DNA of 63,487 bases, counting the filler, from Thraustochytrium aureum (Eukaryota): assembly GCA_012862495.1 (NCBI GenBank). It is 4 parts of 2 records of this genome, joined end to end, with 100 filler letters (N's around TTAATTAATTAA, not from the genome) between each part and the next. Parts side by side here need not be neighbours in the genome. Positions count along the whole stretch, not along the records: positions 54,840 to 63,487 come from BLSG01000181.1; 3 more parts are not named here. The stretch is one strand, 5' to 3'. The translations under genes and the position numbers were made by a program. The notes under the pieces are model-generated. The model ran no database searches. It saw nothing but the letters and a program-made list of their open reading frames with translations, and had not been told where the DNA came from. This document shows positions 55,895 to 63,487 of this stretch, in pieces (position 1 is the stretch's first letter; each line of letters opens with the position of its first letter).

Positions 55895-58325
55895 GTGGCG
55901 CTGTGCAGACACGGACGGAACAGTGACGTGCTGGCCTGGACCAAAGTCGGACAGGAAGCCGCTGACCTCGGCAACGCGGTTGGCTTACTTTGGGAGGTTG
56001 GAGACATCGCGAGCGCACCAGTCCAAGCGCCGCCCCGCTTGCTCGTGCGCCCCCAGAGCGGTGGTCGCGTGCAGAGCCAGGCGCGCTTGGAAGAGCGGAT
56101 GGACCAAAATAGCGCGGCGCTGGTCTCGAGCAGAACGAGGAGAAGCGAGGGGAACCAGGGAAACGGCGGCAGCCCCGTAACATGGACGGAGCTGCTGAAG
56201 TTGCTGGACAGCGTGGTCGCCATCATTCGAAATCTCCACCCGACGCTGCTTTCCGGGGTGCGAGACCAATTCGAGGAGGCCGTGGTGGAGCTCGCCAGGC
56301 TGGAAAAGGAAAACAAAGAAGCGCAGCGCGGGTCGGTTGAACGAGTACTGGAGATAGCAAGGCTCAAAGTCATCGTTAGCAATCACAAAGAAAGCATGGA
56401 GGGGCGACAGCGTGGCCAAGACCGTGCGTGACGTTGGGTCGTCCATGTGGAGAATATTTTTGATGTACCTTGAGCTGGCCGGCGGCCATCTGGTAGACAG
56501 CTCGGCTGCGAACGCTGACGCTCTGCGGGTGGCGTTCGCCAAGCTGGTCTCCAAGGGGAAGGCCATGGCGCCAAAGGAGCTGCGTAACTTTGTGCGGCGG
56601 TTCAACACGGTGTGCCACGCTGACAAGGTTTCCAATATCGGTGAAGACGTGCACAACGCCAACCAGGAGATCAAGGCGCTCCTAGACATGTATGGCGACG
56701 ACGACGTCGAAGCGCTTGGCGTAGAGGAGATTGATTTGACGGACCACCTGCAGCGCACGCTGAGAGCAGTGCGGCTGCGCGGAATGATGGCAGCCACCAC
56801 GCACGTGCGCAAGGACATTCTCGAGGCGGCCAGGGCGCTCGCCTCGGACCCAGTGCTCGCCAGCCATGTGGAGCGCTTGGTCGACGCGGCTCTGCCGAAT
56901 TCTCGAGTGGCGGCGCCGAGCCTCGCCGACCTGGAGCAACCGAGCGCTCTTGCGAGGACGGAGCTTGTGTGGCTTTGCAGGTCTCTCGGCCATGAAGAGC
57001 TTTTGAAGGAGCTGAACGCCGCGGTGGCGGCCCAAGATGGCGCAAAGGACAGTGCTGAATCCACCAAGCCAATCGAGGTCGTCGACTTTTCGGACGACGA
57101 GCGCACCGCCAGTGACGGAGGTGCGTCGGAGGTTGCTCATGACGACAGGTCAGAATCCACCGCCTCGTCCGCGCACATAGCCGAGGGCGGAGATTGGGAC
57201 GACAATCAGCAGGGCGAGGGGCTCGAAGAAGACGAAGAAGACGAAGAAGACGAGGATAACGAGCAAGCGCGCAGGCAAGCGGAGAAGGAAACGACGGGTG
57301 TTGGGTTCCTCGACGAGGAGCAAGCGGAAAAGCAATTGGCGAATGCAGAGCAAGCTGACGGCGCGCAAGCTTCCGATGTGCAAGCCGACGACGCGCAAGC
57401 CGACGACGCGCAAGCTGATCACGGGCAAGCCGACGACGCGCAAGCCGCCGATGTGCAAGCCGACGGCGCGCAAGCNNNNNNNNNNNNNNNNNNNNNNNNN
57501 NNNNNNNNNNNNNNNNNNNNNNNNNNNNNNNNNNNNNNNNNNNNNNNNNNNNNNNNNNNNNNNNNNNNNNNNNNNNNNNNNNNNNNNNNNNNNNNNNNNN
57601 NNNNNNNNNNNNNNNNNNNNNNNNNNNNNNNNNNNNNNNNNNNNNNNNNNNNGCAAGCCGACGACGCGCAAGCCGACGACGCAGAAGCCGACGACGCGCA
57701 AGCCGACGGCGCACAAGCTGATCACGCGCAAGCCGACGGCGCACAAGCTGATCACGCGCAAGCCGACGCGCACGAGACCGAGAAAGCGTCTACGGCGGAG
57801 GACGCAAGCAGCAATAGAGACCAACCTCGCCGGATCCAAACGCGTGCGGCCATGAAACGCGAGACTCTACCGCCAGAGGACAGCGCGAGGTGTGTCGCTA
57901 GGGTGCAAAACAAAGCTCAAGGTCGAGGATCGACGACCAGCAAAGGGAGCAAACCAAGAGCAAAGCCCAGCACGGCCGAGTCGAGCGGCGATCCCGCAGC
58001 GCGAAGGACGAAACCCGTTGGAAAGGTGACGCAGAAGCGAGCTCGCGCCCAAGAGCGCGCAGACAGCAACGCGCCACGCGCCACGCGTCAGAGCCGGCCT
58101 GGACCTGTATCTAACAGAACAAGGTCGCGGCCCGCTGTGCAGACAACGGCAACTGCAACAAAGGCCGCACCCACACCTTTGGCAACTGCATCAAAGGCCG
58201 CACCCACACCGAGCCAAAGCAAGAGCCAGAGTCTGAGGACTTCGGGCCGGAAACGAAAGGCGAATCCTAGATACGTCCAGGAGCCGCCCAAATCGAGGAA
58301 AGTGGCTAACCGTAAGAAAGCATAA
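55895..58325 (+). CDS. Hypothetical protein: helical N-terminal region, acidic tract, QADDA repeat and basic disordered tail; frameshift near 56403; start uncertain
   Basis: ORFs 55895-56431 and 56412-58325 join if one G is removed from GGGG (MEGDSVAKTVRD). C-terminal RTSGRKRKANPRY is NLS-like. Confidence 0.55.
57351..57770 (+). repeat. 15-bp coding minisatellite (CAAGCYGAYGRCGCR; QAD[D/G/H]A) spanning a gap
   Basis: Read directly on both sides of gap 57476-57652. Confidence 0.9.
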
Positions 58326-58423
58326 ATCACATGACCGTGCACAAGGGCGTTTGCAAACCGTCACTGTATTGCGGAGGTGTCAAGCTCACTCAGATCGGTA
58401 AGCGACGCGTTCCACATTGGAAG

Positions 58424-59530
58424 TCAACTGGGTGAGCTGCATCGCCCGCCAGCTCGGACACTATCGATCTTGGCCGATGCCACAGCTTCTTTTGCTGCGA
58501 CGACCGCCTGCTCTAAGCGAGCAAAGCGCTCGCTCTGCTCTGCTGCTGCCCGAACCGCCGCGATCAGGCCCGGCCTGCCCAAGAAAACCGAGATCCGCTT
58601 CACCCAGAGTGCGGAATCTGAAGGCAGTGGTGTCCCCCTGGACGCCGACTCGCTCGAGCGTAAAACTCCGCGAAGCAGAGAGTATTCGGTTTTCTTGCTA
58701 GGGTCGGCGCAGCGCTCGAAGATGCGCTGCAAGTGCTGGTTATGGGCCCCAACTTTCCTCAAAAAGTCGACGGCGACAGCCTCGAGAGCTGCCTTCTCGC
58801 GCGCACCGCCTCCACCTTTGCTGATCGTTTCGGAGCTCTTGTCCATCGCCTCAAGAAGTGGGACCAGGAACTGCGGGCACACGAAAACTGGGACCTCCAT
58901 CTGTGCTGTGCTGAGAGATGCGCAGGTCTCCGAGCTGGGACCCGTCAGCGTTTTGAGAAGGTGGTACAAGGAGCTGCGGGTTTCCGAGAACGACTTGCCG
59001 AGCAGCGCCTGGACTCTAAAATCAAAGTCTGCATTTGCGCACTTGTGCGCCTCCATGAGCTCCGTTTGGATTGCGATGAGCTCTTCTTGGGTAGCGCTCA
59101 GGCGCTCGGAGCACTCGAGGGCAATTGTGGTCTCGTGGGCGACGACTCGCGCTGGGTTCGAGGTGACCGTTTGCGCGAGCAGGGTGCGCTTCTTGGGCTC
59201 TGGCGGGGGCTCGCCGCTTGCCGAGAGCGCCGAGGGCTTGCGCTTGCGTGGATCTGCGGCCGGGTGCAGCGACTCTTGCTCCTTCGTGACCTTTTTGGTT
59301 TTTGGTTTGGCGGCTGGCCGTGCCGGCGGCGGGCTCTTGTTGTCACTAGCCGGAGCAGAAGCGCGCGTGCGCGTCTCCGTCTGCGCTGTGGAGGGCGCGC
59401 TTCCGTTGGCAGGAGGGCGGGGCTCTGGCGTCCGCTTGCTGATTGGCGTTGCGGGCTTTTCGAGTAAGCGCGAGGGTTTGGTAGGCTTTGCGCGAACCAA
59501 AACTGGTTTGCCTTCCTTGGTTGCGGCTGG
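58424..59530 (-). CDS. Hypothetical protein with a Pro/Lys-rich disordered N-terminal part and helical C-terminal part; 5' end in a gap
   Basis: ORF of at least 358 aa, open toward the gap; NLS-like PRKRKP and PKKR; no family recognised. Confidence 0.5.
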   Translation of the reverse strand, partial: PAATKEGKPVLVRAKPTKPSRLLEKPATPISKRTPEPRPPANGSAPSTAQTETRTRASAPASDNKSPPPARPAAKPKTKKVTKEQESLHPAADPRKRKPSALSASGEPPPEPKKRTLLAQTVTSNPARVVAHETTIALECSERLSATQEELIAIQTELMEAHKCANADFDFRVQALLGKSFSETRSSLYHLLKTLTGPSSETCASLSTAQMEVPVFVCPQFLVPLLEAMDKSSETISKGGGGAREKAALEAVAVDFLRKVGAHNQHLQRIFERCADPSKKTEYSLLRGVLRSSESASRGTPLPSDSALWVKRISVFLGRPGLIAAVRAAAEQSERFARLEQAVVAAKEAVASAKIDSVRAGGRCSSPS

Positions 59531-60494
59531 NNNNNNNNNNNNNNNNNNNNNNNNNNNNNNNNNNNNNNNNNNNNNNNNNNNNNNNNNNNNNNNNNNNNNN
59601 NNNNNNNNNNNNNNNNNNNNNNNNNNNNNNNNNNNNNNNNNNNNNNNNNNNNNNNNNNNNNNNNNNNNNNNNNNNNNNNNNNNNNNNNNNNNNNNNNNNN
59701 NNNNNNNNNNNNNNNNNNNNNNNNNNNNNNNNNNNNNNNNNNNNNNNNNNNNNNNNNNNNNNNNNNNNNNNNNNNNNNNNNNNNNNNNNNNNNNNNNNNN
59801 NNNNNNNNNNNNNNNNNNNNNNNNNNNNNNNNNNNNNNNNNNNNNNNNNNNNNNNNNNNNNNNNNNNNNNNNNNNNNNNNNNNNNNNNNNNNNNNNNNNN
59901 NNNNNNNNNNNNNNNNNNNNNNNNNNNNNNNNNNNNNNNNNNNNNNNNNNNNNNNNNNNNNNNNNNNNNNNNNNNNNNNNNNNNNNNNNNNNNNNNNNNN
60001 NNNNNNNNNNNNNNNNNNNNNNNNNNNNNNNNNNNNNNNNNNNNNNNNNNNNNNNNNNNNNNNNNNNNNNNNNNNNNNNNNNNNNNNNNNNNNNNNNNNN
60101 NNNNNNNNNNNNNNNNNNNNNNNNNNNNNNNNNNNNNNNNNNNNNNNNNNNNNNNNNNNNNNNNNNNNNNNNNNNNNNNNNNNNNNNNNNNNNNNNNNNN
60201 NNNNNNNNNNNNNNNNNNNNNNNNNNNNNNNNNNNNNNNNNNNNNNNNNNNNNNNNNNNNNNNNNNNNNNNNNNNNNNNNNNNNNNNNNNNNNNNNNNNN
60301 NNNNNNNNNNNNNNNNNNNNNNNNNNNNNNNNNNNNNNNNNNNNNNNNNNNNNNNNNNNNNNNNNNNNNNNNNNNNNNNNNNNNNNNNNNNNNNNNATTA
60401 TCCCGCAACGCCATCCCGCTAATGAGTTCAATCGATTATTTATCGATTATGTATTGGCACTGAATTGGAGCCGCACGGATTGAATCGGCGATTG

Positions 60495-60670
60495 TGCGCG
60501 CCCGAGGGTGCAGTCGGAGTATTACGTAGCACCCGACCTAGTCGGAAGGTGAGCGCCGTAGCGATAGGATTAACCGAATTCCTAGGGGACTCGACATAGC
60601 GCACCGCTGGTGGTGGCCCGTTGGCGGTGCTTTGGTGCAGCTAGCGCGGGGGATCGGCAATACTCGCTAG
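60495..60670 (+). ncRNA. Candidate structured RNA of unknown family
   Basis: Manual folding gives consecutive hairpins, a 13-bp stem with 4 G-U pairs (60601-60630), and a possible long-range pair GAGTATT (60517-60523) with AATACTC (60659-60665). No ORF covers it. Confidence 0.3.
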
Positions 60671-61965
60671 AGGCCTTGAATTTGTTGGGAATTACCAAAT
60701 AAATACCCGAGATTCCATGGTGTGTTCCGGAGCATTATATTCGCTCGGCCGGCAGCGGCTCGGCTGCCGGCGGCCTGCCGGCGCAAACGTTTATAAATAT
60801 AAAAATGATTCCAAGTGGCCTGTGAGGAGGTGTGCAGAATATGTGGAGAGCGCAGAATATTGGGGTTTGCTCTGCATGAATCGGCCGTGGCGAGGTTCGC
60901 CTGCCGTTTCCGCGCTCGTAAGCAGCATGCATAGCAGAGCGAGGAGCTCGTATTGCCTGTCGCGCTTGTGCACGCACTCGTGGAGCGGGCGCTAGCCGCG
61001 AATGGCTTGCTTGCTTGGCGTGCGAGATATTGGGCGGACTCGAGCATTCATGGCCAAGGCTCTCTTCGTATTCTTGCAAATAAACCCAGTAATACCATTT
61101 ACATTAACTGCTTATAAACCCTTGTGCTGCGTCTGGTTCGCACGCACGCTGCTCCGCGCTCGTTGCGCAGCCCAGCGCAACGCGCGCGCGCCTTCGAGAA
61201 AAGCAACGAGTTCGCGGTAGAAAGAGGAAACTTCGGGGGCGGCTCGACTCTGTCACTGCGCCTCCATGTGAGGGAGTCCGAGGCCCTCTCAAAATCGGTG
61301 AGAATTTGGGAGGTTCCCCGTGAGGGACAAGTGAAAAAAAAGGAACATTTCGCGAAGTTGTGAAGCGTTCGGGAAGTTTTGAGCGCAGTTTGATATAACT
61401 TTTTGCGCAGTTTGGGCGAGGCCCCCAAATCGTATAATATTTATGTCGCAACGGAAAAGTCAATCGTTCAAGAGAAACGAGACTTGCAAGGGAACCAGGT
61501 CATATCTGTAGTGGGAACCAGCGCACCCAAGAGAGAACCAGTACAGCTTGGAGTGGGAACCAGTACTCATTCAATAGGAAGCCGGTGGGAACCACCTTGT
61601 TTGGGTCCTGTTTGGGAGGAAGGGGGACCCGCGCGTCTCGAACATTACTGGACCACGCGATCTCAATCTTCTTCCACTCGGCAGTGTCGCAGAGGGCAGC
61701 GTGGACGCCTCCCAGGCACGGCTGCGCGAGCAGACGGGCGAACTGAAGGCATGCATGCGGCACGCCATGCAGGCGTCAGGGCCTTGGCTCTGACAGACCC
61801 CAAACGCGGCGGCGGCAAAGCCAAAGAAACAGCAGCTGCGTCAACGTAATCCTGCCTCAGCGATCGCGGATTGACTAACCTGAGCAACCAACGCGCTCGG
61901 CGTGAGTTGGCCAAGGCATCCCGGCTCCAAGCGAGGTCCAGCGCTCATCCAGTCCCATCTTCCAA

Positions 61966-63467
61966 GATGAGTGAGCTTCTCTCCCGTTCCAGAGTCGAAA
62001 AAGCGACCAAAGCGAGGTGGTCNNNNNNNNNNNNNNNNNNNNNNNNNNNNNNNNNNNNNNNNNNNNNNNNNNNNNNNNNNNNNNNNNNNNNNNNNNNNNN
62101 NNNNNNNNNNNNNNNNNNNNNNNNNNNNNNNNNNNNNNNNNNNNNNNNNNNNNNNNNNNNNNNNNNNNNNNNNNNNNNNNNNNNNNNNNNNNNNNNNNNN
62201 NNNNNNNNNNNNNNNNNNNNNNNNNNNNNNNNNNNNNNNNNNNNNNNNNNNNNNNNNNNNNNNNNNNNNNNNNNNNNNNNNNNNNNNNNNNNNNNNNNNN
62301 NNNNNNNNNNNNNNNNNNNNNNNNNNNNNNNNNNNNNNNNNNNNNNNNNNNNNNNNNNNNNNNNNNNNNNNNNNNNNNNNNNNNNNNNNNNNNNNNNNNN
62401 NNNNNNNNNNNNNNNNNNNNNNNNNNNNNNNNNNNNNNNNNNNNNNNNNNNNNNNNNNNNNNNNNNNNNNCGTCGTGTGGGAAGCGCCTGGGTACCGAGG
62501 AAGCCGTTCCACGCACGGCGGAACCAAGCTCAACAGGGCGGCCTTCGCTGCGTCCCACGCGTTCGTCGGCAGCACGGCTCTCCTGCCTTCCAAGATCAGC
62601 ATCGTGCTCCACGCTGGCGGTCGCAGAACCTTGGCCACCTTTTCGGTTCGCCAGATCGAACTCGAGGCCAACCACGCAAGTGGGCAGGTTTGGGGCTCGC
62701 CGAACAACCCGCCCACTGACGAACGCGCGCCCCGCTTCGGATTCGCCCAGATTTGGGCGTGTGTCCGCGACGGCCGTATTGTTATTGGCTTCTTGCTGGA
62801 CTTCCACAAGAGCCAGAAGGCGTGCCCCGGCATTTATTCGATCGCCCTCGAATTCCCGCCACACGCGGGCCTTCCCCCGCTCGAGACCTCCACCTTTGAG
62901 TGCGTCACCAAATTTAACCACCTCAAGGCGATCGATGATGTGTACTTTTTCGACCTGCACGAGGTCCACCGCACCTTGAAGGCCACCGTTTTTGCCGAGC
63001 AAGTCGTGGAAGCCGTGCCGCCGAACTTCGTTCGTACCACGATTCAGTTGCTGAAAGATATCGGCGATTCTCGCTGGTTGCTCTCCCACAGAGCGAGCCA
63101 ATCGAAGACGATTTCGCGTTTGACGTGGAGGAAACGGGGCTCCTTGCCGATCAAGAGAGCGCCGCGCCGATCGACTGGGCTGAGATCTTTTCCCCTATGC
63201 GCGAAGACGAGCTGGCCCTGCATCGCGACGACGGTGATGGCGCCACCGCCTACGACCCCACCTCCGACGACGAGGACTCTTACTGAGCGGGTTCTCTGGC
63301 CGTGCAGTTTTCTTGCGCTCTACTCCCAGCTTCCTCAACCTTCGCACACATGTATATTACGCGGCACGCTCGCCGCCCGCCAAGCCAGCACTTTCCAGCA
63401 ACGCCAGCTCGTTGCCCTCCATGAACCGCCGCCCGCACCGACTCGGACCCGTCAAAACACAGGTTAG
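61966..63467 (+). CDS. Hypothetical protein with a beta-rich domain; internal gap; probable frameshift near 63100
   Basis: Protein-like sequence after the gap (ISIVLHAGG...IVIGFLLDFH...IYSIALEF...TFECVTKF); the C-terminal part reads as off-frame. Confidence 0.45.
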
Positions 63468-63487
63468 TAACTGCGCCCTTTTCTTTC

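Noticed and set aside
60494..60600. Group II intron 5' end (GTGCG) or U1 snRNA (GCGAT...ACTCGAC)
   Set aside because: No domain V or RT ORF, and no ATACTTACCTG 5' end or correctly placed Sm site. Kept only as an unassigned RNA candidate.
61489..61595. GTGGGAACCA repeats with variable spacers as a mini-CRISPR
   Set aside because: Repeats of 6-11 nt and spacers are too short and irregular, and there are no cas genes.

Overview
This is GC-rich, gene-dense, intron-poor eukaryotic nuclear DNA. A stramenopile protist such as a thraustochytrid/labyrinthulomycete is my inference from the gene content, the short GT-AG introns and the SPT/PT mucin-like repeats. The window is not one locus: it is four draft scaffolds joined by 100-nt N spacers containing TTAATTAATTAA (25199-25298, 42088-42187, 54740-54839). 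It also has many N gaps, single-base frameshifts mostly at homopolymers (pyrosequencing-type errors) and one leftover loxP mate-pair linker. Recognisable genes: a secreted ProX/OpuAC-like ligand-binding protein, DPP8/9-like S9B peptidase, cathepsin L-like protease (2 introns, Cys-rich tail), peroxisomal enoyl-CoA isomerase, a double-GAF coiled-coil protein, tetraspanin, a TPR protein, FTO RNA demethylase, ABHD1-3-like hydrolase, GRASP55/65, an ankyrin-TRP channel, ETF-alpha, a 2OG-Fe(II) oxygenase, CFAP97-like, TruA/PUS, a MORN fragment, an SDR, RBBP5/Swd1, a PAN-sulfatase-mucin protein and UPF3. Best leads: (i) a complete FTO split only by a false gap; (ii) a head-to-head pair of paralogous, putatively GPI-anchored proteins of a family I do not recognise; (iii) a surface protein with duplicated bacterial-like beta-sandwich domains and a GSVVV motif; (iv) in the orphan-rich last scaffold, a candidate structured ncRNA, further hairpins and a phased GAACCA motif array. 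I found no CRISPR array, rRNA, tRNA or recognisable transposase.
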